Source of the DNA: Verrucomicrobiota bacterium
GTDB taxonomy: Bacteria; Verrucomicrobiota; Verrucomicrobiia; Limisphaerales; JAXMHQ01
Direction: 5' to 3'
DNA length: 64,000 bases
Assembly (NCBI GenBank): GCA_046346665.1
Contig: JAXMHQ010000011.1
Location: 55,147 to 119,146, forward strand
Shown: piece after piece, positions 54,229 through 63,665 of the stretch
Layout: each line of letters opens with the position of its first letter
Numbering within the stretch: the stretch's first letter is position 1
The notes under the pieces: model-generated
The model's input: the letters and a program-made list of their open reading frames with translations, nothing else
Database searches by the model: none
What the model was told of the DNA's origin: nothing
Program-made: the position numbers and the translations under genes

Positions 54229-54924
54229 TCAGCTCCGGTTGTTTCGCGCCGCGGAGATGAAATACATCAGTTGCAGCGCGCTGGTCACGAGCGCGGCCAC
54301 GTAGGTGAGCGCCGCGGCGCCGAGCACGCTGCTCACACCGCTCCGCTCCCTTTCTGATACGAGGCCCAGCCGGAACAATTGTTCCTTCGCCCGCCGGCTC
54401 GCGTCGTATTCCACCGGCAGGGTCACCAGTTGAAACAGAGTCATCACCCCAAAAATCGCGATCGCTAGCAGCAGGAACACCGACGACAGCTTGAGGATCA
54501 TGCTCACCAGGATCACTCCCACCCAGGCGTAGCTCGCAATCTGCGTTACCGGCACCAGCGCCATCCGCAATTGAAACATCGCGTCCGCCTGCTGGTGCTG
54601 CAACGCGTGCCCCGCCTCGTGCGCCGCCACTCCCACCGCCGCAATCGTCCGGCCTTCAAAATTTTCCGACGACAACCGCAACACCCGATGCGTCGGATCG
54701 TAATGATCCGTCAAATGTCCCGGCACCTCTTCCACCGGCACCGATCGCAATCCCGCGTTATCCAGGATCCGCCGCGCCGCGTCAGCCCCGCTCAAACCGG
54801 ACTCCGTTTCCACCCGGCTATACTTGGCGTAAGCCGAAGACAACCGGATCTGCGCCCAGAGACCTATCAGTATTCCGGGCACCATGAACATCCAGTAGAC
54901 CGGGTCCCAATGCATCATCATCAT
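54229..54924 (-). CDS. Membrane zinc metallopeptidase (neutral zinc metallopeptidase family, COG2738-like)
   Basis: HEAGHALQH zinc motif. N- and C-terminal TM helices. ~230 aa. Confidence 0.75.
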   Translation of the reverse strand: MMMMHWDPVYWMFMVPGILIGLWAQIRLSSAYAKYSRVETESGLSGADAARRILDNAGLRSVPVEEVPGHLTDHYDPTHRVLRLSSENFEGRTIAAVGVAAHEAGHALQHQQADAMFQLRMALVPVTQIASYAWVGVILVSMILKLSSVFLLLAIAIFGVMTLFQLVTLPVEYDASRRAKEQLFRLGLVSERERSGVSSVLGAAALTYVAALVTSALQLMYFISAARNNRS

Positions 54925-55172
54925 AATGAGTACCTTCTTCCAAATCGTATGCGGGGTCTTTACCCCAGGATTCTAGTTGTTGACACCCTTGAACCGCCCG
55001 CTGTTCAAATCCTAAGCCTGAGCCGTGCCATCATGAAGGCAATATTAATGCCATCAAATTCAGCCACTTGGCAGGAATTGAACTCCTGTGGATTGCGACA
55101 GTCCGTCCCGGTCAAATCGAAGGTGGGGCAATCTGGCGCAGGCGAATCGAACCGGTGCGGCAGGGCTGCCGG

Positions 55173-56306
55173 TCAGATTTCGAGAACTTTTTCGAACCGC
55201 GTCAGGTTGCGGGGCGCGCCGCCCGTGATGACGGCCACGTCTTCCAGCCGGACGCCGCCGATGGACGGGTAATAAAGTCCGGGTTCGACGGTGACGACCT
55301 GGCCGGGTTGAAGTTTGCCGCTGGAGGTGGCGCCGACGCGCGGGGCTTCGTGAATTTCCAGGCCCAGGCCGTGGCCCGTGCCGTGAAAAAATCCCTGCAT
55401 GCGACCGCCGACGCGGCCGGTCTTGTAGCCTGAGCGATGGAACAGATCCTGGATCGCGCCGTGAATGGAAGCCGACTCCGTTCCGGGCCGCATCCGGCTG
55501 AACCCGAGTTGTTGTCCATCGAATACGGTTTGATAGAGCCGCCGGATCGCCTCCGACGCGCGGCCGCGAACGACGGTGCGGGTGATGTCGCCGAAATAAC
55601 CGGTCTCCTGGCAACGCGGGAAAATATCCAGGATGATGGGTTCGTGGGCCCGCAGGGGACCGTGTCCGCCCTCATGGGGATCGCAGCCTTGCTTTCCGCC
55701 GGCGACGATGGTGTGGCTGGCCTGCCCGCCCGCCTGGAGAACCGCGGTATCGATGGCCGAGCGGAGTCGTTCCGACGTAAGCGGGCGTCCGCCGTGGATC
55801 AGGCGTTTGGCGGGTCCGATGCGCGAAGCCTTGAGCATCCGGATGCCCGCGGCCATCCCGGCTTCCGCCATGCGCACTGCCGCGGTCAGCTTGCGGATTT
55901 CATCGGCCGATTTGAACTCGCGCGCGGGGAACAGGCTGCCGGCCGCGGCTTGCAGCCGGATGCCGAGCCGCTGCAATTCCAGCGCGAGCCCGAGGGGGAA
56001 ATTGCGGGGAACGACAAAACTGCGCGCGCCTTTTTCGCGCGCGAGCAGGTCGATGATCGCGGCTGCCCCGATGGATTTGCCGCCGCGCGCGGCGACTTTT
56101 TTCTGGCAGGCGCTGAGGGAAATGACCTGGCAATGCGGCGCCTGGTGCTTGGCGCGATCGATCTCGAGGTCGCTCATCACGACGCAAGCGCGGCCGCGGA
56201 TCCGGAGGTAAATAAACGGATCGGGCACGAACATGCCGACCGCGTAGAGCATGTCGGCGTCGTGTTCGCTGTCCGCGAACATCAATAAATTCGGGGTGGA
56301 CTTCAC
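55173..56306 (-). CDS. M24-family Xaa-Pro aminopeptidase/dipeptidase
   Basis: GYFGDITRT, HGTGHGLGLEIHE, VTVEPGLYY and GGVRLED are the pita-bread-fold metal ligand contexts. GTG start at 56306. Confidence 0.85.
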   Translation of the reverse strand: MKSTPNLLMFADSEHDADMLYAVGMFVPDPFIYLRIRGRACVVMSDLEIDRAKHQAPHCQVISLSACQKKVAARGGKSIGAAAIIDLLAREKGARSFVVPRNFPLGLALELQRLGIRLQAAAGSLFPAREFKSADEIRKLTAAVRMAEAGMAAGIRMLKASRIGPAKRLIHGGRPLTSERLRSAIDTAVLQAGGQASHTIVAGGKQGCDPHEGGHGPLRAHEPIILDIFPRCQETGYFGDITRTVVRGRASEAIRRLYQTVFDGQQLGFSRMRPGTESASIHGAIQDLFHRSGYKTGRVGGRMQGFFHGTGHGLGLEIHEAPRVGATSSGKLQPGQVVTVEPGLYYPSIGGVRLEDVAVITGGAPRNLTRFEKVLEI

Positions 56307-56323
56307 GATCGCACCGAAGCGAG

Positions 56324-57463
56324 CTAATGCAGGTAGGTGGGCGACAGGAAATACAGCCGGCCGGCCTGGAGCTTGGGGGCTTCCATCCCGAGATCCACTT
56401 TTACGACAGCCGATTTCTCTGTCTTTCCGAAAAGTCGCAGCACATCCCCCAGGTCGTAGCGCTGGCGGTATTGAACCAGGTTGACCTCGTTGGTGATGGA
56501 CGCGAGGTCTTTCGCCGCCTCCACGGCGTCGTCGAATCCACCCAACTGATCCACGAACCCGAGGTCATAAGCCTGTTTGCCGGACAACACGCGCCCGTCC
56601 GCGTAATCCTTCCAGTCCGGCGCCAGAGGGCGGGCGTCCTCGGTGAACTTGACCGCGTTGCCTCGTCCTTCCTGCACCACTTGCTTGAACCGGGTGTATG
56701 TTTCGTTGATGAGATTCTGAACCATCTCGCGTTCTTCCGGCGTGATATCCGCCGGTTTGCGCTCGCCGCTGAGCATGTCCTTGAACTTGCCGCTTTTGTA
56801 AACCTCCGGCAGCAAACCCACCTTGTCCATCAGGTTGCGATAATTCCAACTGTGCAAGATCACCCCGATGCTGCCCGTCAGCGTCAGTTCGTTCGCCACA
56901 ATCCAGCTTGAGCCGACGGAAATGTAATAGCCGCCTGACGCCGCAAGGGCGCCCATCGACGTCACCACCGGCTTGTCGGTGTCGGATTGAAAATCCGAGA
57001 TCGCCCGGTAAATGTCGTCCGACGCCAGCACCTCGCCGCCCGGGGAATCCATGCGGATGATCACCGCCTTGACCTTGTTGTCCTTCGCGGCGCGGTCGAG
57101 TTGGGACTTGATCAGATCCACCATCGTGTAGCCGTTCTGGTCGATTTCCTGGTCGGAGATGATGCCGTTGATGTCGATGACGGCGATCTTCGCGGAGGCG
57201 TCGTTGTCTTCCATCACGACCTCGTCCAGCTTGGGCCCGTAAGTGCCCGAGCGGGAGGAGTCGATGCGCAGCACGCGGGAGGCGAATTGTCCGAGATTAA
57301 GAAAGAGGCTGATTCCGAGCAGCGCGAGCAGGATGAGCGCGAACATCATCCAGCCGCGGCCGCGCCGCGGCGCGGGCGGCGGCGGAGGCGTGATGAGCGG
57401 GGGCGGAACGGGCGGCGCGGGCGGCGGTGCGGCAAAACTCGGCGGCATGTCTTGGCTGTCCAT
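56324..57463 (-). CDS. sppA: Signal peptide peptidase SppA (S49, 36K type)
   Basis: Pro-rich N-terminus + TM helix. AVIIRMDSPGG. ALAASGGYYISVGSSWIVANELTLTGSIGV (catalytic Ser context). Confidence 0.85.
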   Translation of the reverse strand: MDSQDMPPSFAAPPPAPPVPPPLITPPPPPAPRRGRGWMMFALILLALLGISLFLNLGQFASRVLRIDSSRSGTYGPKLDEVVMEDNDASAKIAVIDINGIISDQEIDQNGYTMVDLIKSQLDRAAKDNKVKAVIIRMDSPGGEVLASDDIYRAISDFQSDTDKPVVTSMGALAASGGYYISVGSSWIVANELTLTGSIGVILHSWNYRNLMDKVGLLPEVYKSGKFKDMLSGERKPADITPEEREMVQNLINETYTRFKQVVQEGRGNAVKFTEDARPLAPDWKDYADGRVLSGKQAYDLGFVDQLGGFDDAVEAAKDLASITNEVNLVQYRQRYDLGDVLRLFGKTEKSAVVKVDLGMEAPKLQAGRLYFLSPTYLH

Positions 57464-57525
57464 ATGATTCAGCCGAAACTAATGCAACCACCTCGACCCG
57501 GCAAGGCAGTTCGGAAGCGCGGAGC

Positions 57526-57707
57526 GCGGAATGCGGAATGCGGAATGCGGAATCCTGGCGGATTTGCCTCGTTCTCTTGTAGGAGCCGACGTAAGGAGGC
57601 TCTAACTTATAAGTAAAAACGGAAGCGTGAGCCTCCTGACGTCGGCTCCAACAATTGGACGTAAAAGCGGCCCGCCAGGATTCCGCGTTCCGCACTCCGC
57701 ATTCCGC
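57526..57707. repeat. Nested double hairpin (outer ~36-bp CGGAATGCGG-word stem, inner 21-bp GGAGCCGACGTnAGGAGGCTC stem)
   Basis: Outer arms 57526-57561 / 57672-57707, with a 15-bp perfect core GCGGAATCCTGGCGG / CCGCCAGGATTCCGC. Inner arms 57582-57602 / 57629-57649 with one mismatch. A half-copy of the inner word lies at 39689-39713. Confidence 0.9.
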
Positions 57708-57710
57708 ATT

Positions 57711-59060
57711 TCATACCCCCTTCATTCCCGGCGCCAGGATCGCGTCGGTCATGCCGTGGATGATTTTCTTGTCGGCCGGACAGATCGTGGCCAGCAGTCC
57801 GCACCATTCCGCGCGCGCGGCGTCGCCGTCGCCTGACACAAAATAATACGGACACAACCGCGCCCGGCCTTTCATCGGGGTTAGTTCCTCCCGATCGAAA
57901 TCGAACCACGCGGCATCCACCAGGGCGGGTTTGTGGTAGCGCTGCAGGACGCTGGGATGGCGCTCGAAACCGGCGATGGCGTCGTCCACCGCGCGGCTCC
58001 ACGCGTCGTGGGGCAGGTCGCTGCCGAGGTGAACCCCGCGCGCGCCCCACGCCAGTTCCGAATAACCGGACACCTTCAGAATCAAATCGCGCTCCTTTTG
58101 CGACAGCAATTTCAACTGGGACCAGTCGGTGAGATTCAATTCCGGGATGGCGCCCTGCGGCGGGAGCGGGGCGGGATCGAGCAGCCACGTGCGCGGAGTG
58201 ATTTGCAGCATCCGCTGGAAAAAGCTTTCACCGAGTTCCTGGCGCCAGAAGCCCTGCAGGTTCCGGTTCCACAACAACGCGAACAGCATCTTCTCCTCGA
58301 AGACAGGCTTGGGCGGCGGCGTCAGCCGGATCTCCCGGGCAGCGGCTTTCGCGAACAGCGCCGCCGCCGACGGGACCTGGGGCAAATCGAACAACTCGAA
58401 AAACCGGTAGACCGCGTCGCCCGGCGCGAATTCCAGAAAATCGGGCGGCCGCACCGCGTATCGCCCGGGACTCGTTTCGTTCAACCGCGCAACGATCCAG
58501 TCCATTTCCGGCCGATACGACGCCGACTCCTCGGACACGACGATGTGGACGCGCGGGGCGGATCCGAAGATTCCGGCGAACCCCCGGATCATGGCGTCGG
58601 CGCCGCCGATCAATCGCCCTGCGACATCGGGCGGCGAGATCTTCGAGTAAGTCGCGTTCAGCCAGGCGGTGAGCCCGATGCCGCCCGGGACCGAATCGAG
58701 TTCCGTCACGCGAATGCCGTCGTCGGTGAGCAGCAGGTCCGGGCGGATGACGCGGGGGATTTCGTTCTTGAGCGACTGCGACCGCTGGAGTTCGATGAGT
58801 TCGCGGGGTTTCCCGAGGTCGAGCCAGCGGGCGACCCAATCCGGTTGTTTCCCTTCGGCGCTCTTGCGGTAAAGCAGGTTGGCAGCGCGGTAGAACTGGA
58901 GAAAAACGCGGCCGAGCGACTCGAGTTCTTTGACGATCGCGGGATCGAGCGGAAAGGGTTCCGGCGAGATTCGCCAGGATTGGCCCGCAAACAGGCCGCC
59001 TTCGGGCAGTGCCGATCGCACCGCCCGGGCGGTTTCCCGGGATGAAGCGGCTGCGTTCAT
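57711..59060 (-). CDS. Hypothetical protein, possibly a glutathione-synthetase-like / circularly permuted ATP-grasp enzyme
   Basis: 449 aa. IRPDLLLTDDGIRVTELDSVPGGIGLTAWL resembles the R-x-D...[IV]E[IL]N/D...GG block of eukaryote-type GSH synthetases. LKVSGYSELAWGARGVHLG may be the Gly-rich loop. Assignment is from memory only. Confidence 0.3.
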   Translation of the reverse strand: MNAAASSRETARAVRSALPEGGLFAGQSWRISPEPFPLDPAIVKELESLGRVFLQFYRAANLLYRKSAEGKQPDWVARWLDLGKPRELIELQRSQSLKNEIPRVIRPDLLLTDDGIRVTELDSVPGGIGLTAWLNATYSKISPPDVAGRLIGGADAMIRGFAGIFGSAPRVHIVVSEESASYRPEMDWIVARLNETSPGRYAVRPPDFLEFAPGDAVYRFFELFDLPQVPSAAALFAKAAAREIRLTPPPKPVFEEKMLFALLWNRNLQGFWRQELGESFFQRMLQITPRTWLLDPAPLPPQGAIPELNLTDWSQLKLLSQKERDLILKVSGYSELAWGARGVHLGSDLPHDAWSRAVDDAIAGFERHPSVLQRYHKPALVDAAWFDFDREELTPMKGRARLCPYYFVSGDGDAARAEWCGLLATICPADKKIIHGMTDAILAPGMKGV

Positions 59061-59067
59061 CCGGGCT

Positions 59068-60354
59068 TCATCCGCGCACCTGCCCGGTCCCGATGCCGAT
59101 CCATTTGTAGCTCGTCAATTCGTCGAGACCCATCGGTCCGCGCGCGCCGACTTTGTCGGTGCTGATCCCGATCTCCGCGCCCATGCCGAATTCGCCGCCG
59201 TCCGTGAACCGCGTCGAGGCGTTCCAGTAAACCGCCGCGGAATCGACCGATCCCAGGAACCGCTGCGCGCGCGCCTCGTTGCGTGTGACGATGCTGTCGG
59301 AATGCGCGGAGCCGTAGCGATGAATGTGGTCCACCGCGGCGTCCACGCCGTCGACGATCCGCACGTTCAGGATGTAATCGTTGTATTCCGTGCTCCAGTC
59401 CTGTTCCGCGGCCGGCTTGACCGGCGCCTGGCGCCCGGCGATGGCGGGCTGCAGGATCCGCAGCGATTCCGCGTCGCAGCGCAATTCGACTTTGTGCCCG
59501 TCCAATTGCCGTGCGATGGACGGCAGGAACGCCGCGGCCGCGGCCTTGTCGACCAGCAGCGTTTCCATCGAATTGCAGACGGCGGGGCGCTGCACCTTGG
59601 CGTTGAGCACGATTTTTTCGGCCATGCCGAGGTCGGCGTCGGCGTCGACGTAGACGTGGCACACGCCCTTGTAATGTTTGATCACCGGCACCTTGGAACA
59701 CTCGGTCACGGCCCGGATCAACCCCTCTCCGCCGCGCGGCATGCAAAGGTCCACGTACTGGGTGAGCGACAGCAGGGCGGGGATGGCTTCGCGATCGGCG
59801 ACGGGAACGACCTGGATGGCGTGTGCGGGAAACGAGGGCAGGGCGGCGCGGGCGGCGTCGACCATGATTCGCGCGATGATGCGGTTGGAATTCAGCGCTT
59901 CCTTGCCGCCCCGAAGAATGGTGGCGTTGCCGGATTTGAAGCACAGCGCGGCGGCGTCGGCGGTGACGTTCGGGCGCGATTCGTAAATGATCACGACGAC
60001 GCCGATGGGCGTGGAGATTTTGCGGAGCTTAAGGCCGTTGGGCCGGACGCGCTCGTCGAGCACGCGGCCGACGGGATCGGGCAGGGCGGCGACTTCACGG
60101 ACGCCTTTGGCCATTCCCTGGATCCGCTTGTCGTCGAGTTTCAGCCGGTCGAGCATCGCGGAGCTCAGCCCGCTTTTCGCCGCGGCGTCCATGTCCAGGC
60201 TGTTGGCTTCGCGGATGGCCGCCGCGTTTTGGACCAGGGCATCGGCCATGGCGAGCAGGCAGCGATTCTTGTCGTCCGTCGACATCACGGCCAGCGCGCG
60301 CGACGCCTCGCGGGCGTCCCGGGCCAGTTGCGTCATTTGCTCAAGCAACGTCAT
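59068..60354 (-). CDS. proA: Gamma-glutamyl phosphate reductase (glutamate-5-semialdehyde dehydrogenase)
   Basis: 428 aa. PIGVVVIIYESRPNVT, ILRGGKEA, AVCNSMETLLV and HSDSIVT (HTD-like) fit the ProA pattern. Confidence 0.9.
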   Translation of the reverse strand: MTLLEQMTQLARDAREASRALAVMSTDDKNRCLLAMADALVQNAAAIREANSLDMDAAAKSGLSSAMLDRLKLDDKRIQGMAKGVREVAALPDPVGRVLDERVRPNGLKLRKISTPIGVVVIIYESRPNVTADAAALCFKSGNATILRGGKEALNSNRIIARIMVDAARAALPSFPAHAIQVVPVADREAIPALLSLTQYVDLCMPRGGEGLIRAVTECSKVPVIKHYKGVCHVYVDADADLGMAEKIVLNAKVQRPAVCNSMETLLVDKAAAAAFLPSIARQLDGHKVELRCDAESLRILQPAIAGRQAPVKPAAEQDWSTEYNDYILNVRIVDGVDAAVDHIHRYGSAHSDSIVTRNEARAQRFLGSVDSAAVYWNASTRFTDGGEFGMGAEIGISTDKVGARGPMGLDELTSYKWIGIGTGQVRG

Positions 60355-60500
60355 GGAAGTGGAAGGTAGTCCAAATCGGCTGTCTGAAAAGTGTGAAGTA
60401 ACGTAAAAGCCGGTCGCCTCCGCCGATTGTTCTGGTTATCAAGGAATTAACACACAACCGCCGGGCGGCGCATTGGCTTGGCGCGTGCTTCTGACGCGGC

Positions 60501-61304
60501 ATGGCTCAATATAGTATTTGGCGGCGCCTGGCTGCGGCGATCTTCGCGGCCGCCCTGGTGCCGGCTTTCGCATCCGGCGCGGAGCCGGCCTTCAAGATTC
60601 TCCAGGCCGGCGATGAAACGTACACCAATGTCGTCGTTACCAGCGTGACCGCGACGGATTTGTATTTCACGCACTCCCGCGGCATGGGCAATGTGAAGCT
60701 CAAGTTGTTGAGTCCCGATCTCCAGAAACAATTCAACTTTAACGCGGGCAAGGCGGCGGCGATTCAGACCGCGCGCGCGGCCGGCAACGAACAGTTCCGA
60801 TCCGACTACGCCGCCCGAAGCGTGGTGGCCGTTAAAACCAACAGCGGGCCGCAACTGGATGACGACGGCAATTTCATCCCGGCCAAACTGTACGCGAAAT
60901 CCTTTCTCGGCGAGAAATCGCCGCGCATCATTGTTCCCGAATGGCTGACGCCGCCGCCCGACGTGAACGGCAAGTTCGTGCTGGTGGAATTCTGGGCGAC
61001 CTGGGGCGAGCCGTGCCGCAAAATTATTCCATACCTCAACAAGTTTCACGAAAAGTACAAGGATCGACTGGTGATCATCGGGCTCTCCGAAGAACCCGCC
61101 GACACCGTCCGGACCGCGCAATACCCGCATCCCGACTATTCCATCGGTGTGGATCCGGCCGGTTACACCTGGTCGGCATTCGAAGTCGAGGGCGTGCCTC
61201 ACGCCGTGCTCATCGACCCCAAGGGGATCGTGCGCTTCGAAGGCGTGCCGGATTACCTGACCGAGGAAGGCCTCGGCCGGTTGATGGATCGCTACGCCAA
61301 TTAA
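60501..61304 (+). CDS. Secreted thioredoxin-fold (TlpA/redoxin-like) protein with degenerate active site
   Basis: Signal peptide. C-terminal domain FVLVEFWATWGEPCRKIIPYLNKFHEKYKDRLVIIGLS carries WGEPC in place of WCxPC. Confidence 0.65.
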   Translation: MAQYSIWRRLAAAIFAAALVPAFASGAEPAFKILQAGDETYTNVVVTSVTATDLYFTHSRGMGNVKLKLLSPDLQKQFNFNAGKAAAIQTARAAGNEQFRSDYAARSVVAVKTNSGPQLDDDGNFIPAKLYAKSFLGEKSPRIIVPEWLTPPPDVNGKFVLVEFWATWGEPCRKIIPYLNKFHEKYKDRLVIIGLSEEPADTVRTAQYPHPDYSIGVDPAGYTWSAFEVEGVPHAVLIDPKGIVRFEGVPDYLTEEGLGRLMDRYAN

Positions 61305-61464
61305 TCGTCCGCAGCAGCGATCGCAAGATCGCAATCCCCCAAGCCAACCCGGCCTCCGCGATTTTACAATCGCGGCTACGGAGCGCCCTGTAGCCGCGAT
61401 CGTCCGATCGCGGATCCCTTTCAGCAGGAAACTCCCAGCGAGACGCCGACCGCATCGATACGAA

Positions 61465-62382
61465 TTAGAATCGGCAGTTCAACGCCGCCCGGATGCGGTA
61501 GTTCGGGACCAGCATGTCGCCGCTGCTCACGATGCTCACCGGAAGATCGCCCTCGGCTTCCAGGCTCCAGTTTTCAGCCCAGGTGAAGTTCACCCGCGGT
61601 CCGAGGTAGACGATCCGTTCCGCCGTATCATCCATCGGCACGCCTGCCACGGTGTCTTGTCCCTTGGTTTCACCCGAGACCACCGCCTGCACGGAGCAAC
61701 TTGCCGAATCCTGGAGCCACACATAAAAGCCGGGGCCGCCCGACCACGACCAGTCGTTTGCGAACCGGTATTGAAACGCCCCCTCGCTGCGCAGGCCGTA
61801 TTGCATCGAGGCGCTGAGAAACAACCGCTGGAACCGTCCGAACAGGGTGGTTCCAAACAGCCCGTCGTAGGAACCGGAGCCCAGCGCCAGGTCGTGCCCG
61901 CCGATGCCCGCGGCGAATTCCGGCAGCGCCGGATTCAACTGTGCCGGGTCGCCCGTGGGAAATTTCACTCCGGCCATGGCGGTCCAGGTGAGGGTGAGAT
62001 CCGTGGTGCGATGCTGCCAGAGGCGGACATTGCCGGCGAGCGACAGGTCCCCGATGCCGGCTTCGCTGGCCTGAACGCCGGTCTTGCCGTAGGCGCGGTA
62101 GATGACGGGAAGATTCAACTGGACGCCCAGCCAATCGGTGAAGTTGTAGCCGGCATACACCTGCGAATTCAGGCTGTGCATGTATTCGCCGTCGGGGTTG
62201 GCAGCGGGCTGGCCGCCGGATTGAAACGTGTCGAACCAGGTGTATTGCTCCGCCAACCCGGCAAAAAACCCGGTCCCGGCGATGCCTTCCGCCTGCTGGG
62301 CGGCATACATCGCGCAAAAATCGCATCCGAATCCCCGGCCGGCGCCGGCCAGGGCCAATATCGAACAAATCCAAAATTTCAT
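61465..62382 (-). CDS. Outer-membrane beta-barrel protein (transporter/MetA-pathway-like family)
   Basis: ATG 62382 (MKFWICSILALAGAG signal peptide). Alternating beta-strand pattern with a C-terminal aromatic residue (..ALNCRF). A CDFC motif follows the signal peptide directly. Confidence 0.55.
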   Translation of the reverse strand: MKFWICSILALAGAGRGFGCDFCAMYAAQQAEGIAGTGFFAGLAEQYTWFDTFQSGGQPAANPDGEYMHSLNSQVYAGYNFTDWLGVQLNLPVIYRAYGKTGVQASEAGIGDLSLAGNVRLWQHRTTDLTLTWTAMAGVKFPTGDPAQLNPALPEFAAGIGGHDLALGSGSYDGLFGTTLFGRFQRLFLSASMQYGLRSEGAFQYRFANDWSWSGGPGFYVWLQDSASCSVQAVVSGETKGQDTVAGVPMDDTAERIVYLGPRVNFTWAENWSLEAEGDLPVSIVSSGDMLVPNYRIRAALNCRF

Positions 62383-62475
62383 AAGTCGCAAGCTGCCGCG
62401 GGAAAGGCCCGCGGAAAAAAATCAAAAAGGAAACCGCAACCCCGAACGGGGCTGCACAACAGGAATGGGAATCGG

Positions 62476-62853
62476 TCAGGAAACCAAGCGGGGCGGCGGG
62501 ACGGGCGGGCTTTCGGAGCGAGCGGCGGGGACCAGCGGGGGATCTGTCACCTTCCGATAATCCCGCGGCGAACCAAACACCAGGGTCACCGGCCAGTGGG
62601 CGAATTCAAGGCGCACATGCGCCGCCTTCTGCGGCGCCTGCTTTTCCGAACGCCGGGCCCGGTCGATCTGGCGGCACAGTTTGCAGGGATGCCGGCCGTC
62701 GAAAGTGCGCTCCACCGCCTCCGAAAAGGATCCGCGCCGGAGATTGTCGGCCAGCATGCCGGTCCAGGCGACCGATTGCAGCAATGTCCAGTTTCCGCCC
62801 GCGGTCGACAGCAACGCGGCAAGCATCAGCCAATGGCAGAAACGGGTGGACAC
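62476..62853 (-). CDS. Small membrane protein, hypothetical (CxxC motif)
   Basis: 125 aa. N-terminal TM helix WLMLAALLSTAGG, HPCKLCRQID, Pro-rich tail. Lies upstream of, and on the same strand as, the barrel gene. Confidence 0.4.
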   Translation of the reverse strand: MSTRFCHWLMLAALLSTAGGNWTLLQSVAWTGMLADNLRRGSFSEAVERTFDGRHPCKLCRQIDRARRSEKQAPQKAAHVRLEFAHWPVTLVFGSPRDYRKVTDPPLVPAARSESPPVPPPRLVS

Positions 62854-63008
62854 GGAGGCAACATTAACTCCTCGACGGCGAAATTCAAGCTCCGGCAGAG
62901 AGGCGTAATGTCTTAATTTGAATTCGCGTCTTCGAGCGATCAGACGGTTTGGTAGGGCGCCGCTCCGCGGCGCCGGCCGCGCGGAGCGCAGCCCTGCCGC
63001 GGCAGGTT

Positions 63009-63068
63009 CGCGGTAGCTCGTCCCTCCCGGGAGTGGAGAGGCACAGTCGGGAGGGACGAGCTACCGCG
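63009..63068. repeat. Perfect 21-bp-stem hairpin (CGCGGTAGCTCGTCCCTCCCG word)
   Basis: Arms 63009-63029 / 63048-63068. The 27-mer at 63048-63074 is identical to 19832-19858 inside uvrA paralog 2. Preceded by the CTGCCGCGGCAG palindrome (62994-63005) and a CGCTCCGCG/CGCGGAGCG hairpin. Confidence 0.9.
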
Positions 63069-63079
63069 AGTCCCCATCC

Positions 63080-63649
63080 TCACCCGATCCACACCAGCGT
63101 TCCAGACGGCGTCGTGTCGAACAACGGCACGAGGTCGGCCGCGGCGAGGTGGACGCAGCCGCACGACGCCGGCCGGCCCAGCGTTGTTTCATCGCCGGTG
63201 CCGTGGATGTAGATGTAGCGCTCGTGTGAATCCACGCCGTTGCCGCGGTTGAATCCGGGTTCAAGCCCCTCGAGCCAGAGGATGCGGGTGGTGATTTTGG
63301 CGTCGGGCATTCCCTGCCAGGTGCAGCCGACCGGTTGCCGGCTGCGAAAGGCGGTTCCCGACGGCCAGCCGTGGCCGATTTTTTCCGCGACGCGATGCAA
63401 GCCCAGCGGGGTTTGATTGGACCCGGCCTGTTGGCCGGTGCCGAATCGCGAAGTGGAGCAGCGAAACCGGCGCCGGACATGGTAACCGCCCGGATAGAAG
63501 AAACGGGGCAGGCGTTCCAGCAAGGTGAGGCGTTGCGGGCCGGCCTCGACGATCAGGACGCGCGGGGTGGGGGAGACGTGGTGCCGGCGGCAGGCGTTCG
63601 CGAAGGCGGCGACCAGGCGCGAGTTCAGTTGCTGGCGCGGCCAGGACAT
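63080..63649 (-). CDS. L,D-transpeptidase (YkuD) catalytic-domain protein
   Basis: IYIHGTGDETTLGRPASCGCVHL matches H-G-[ST]...S-x-G-C-[IV]-[RH]-[LM]. Confidence 0.75.
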   Translation of the reverse strand: MSWPRQQLNSRLVAAFANACRRHHVSPTPRVLIVEAGPQRLTLLERLPRFFYPGGYHVRRRFRCSTSRFGTGQQAGSNQTPLGLHRVAEKIGHGWPSGTAFRSRQPVGCTWQGMPDAKITTRILWLEGLEPGFNRGNGVDSHERYIYIHGTGDETTLGRPASCGCVHLAAADLVPLFDTTPSGTLVWIG

Positions 63650-63665
63650 GCGCGCTTCTCCGGGA

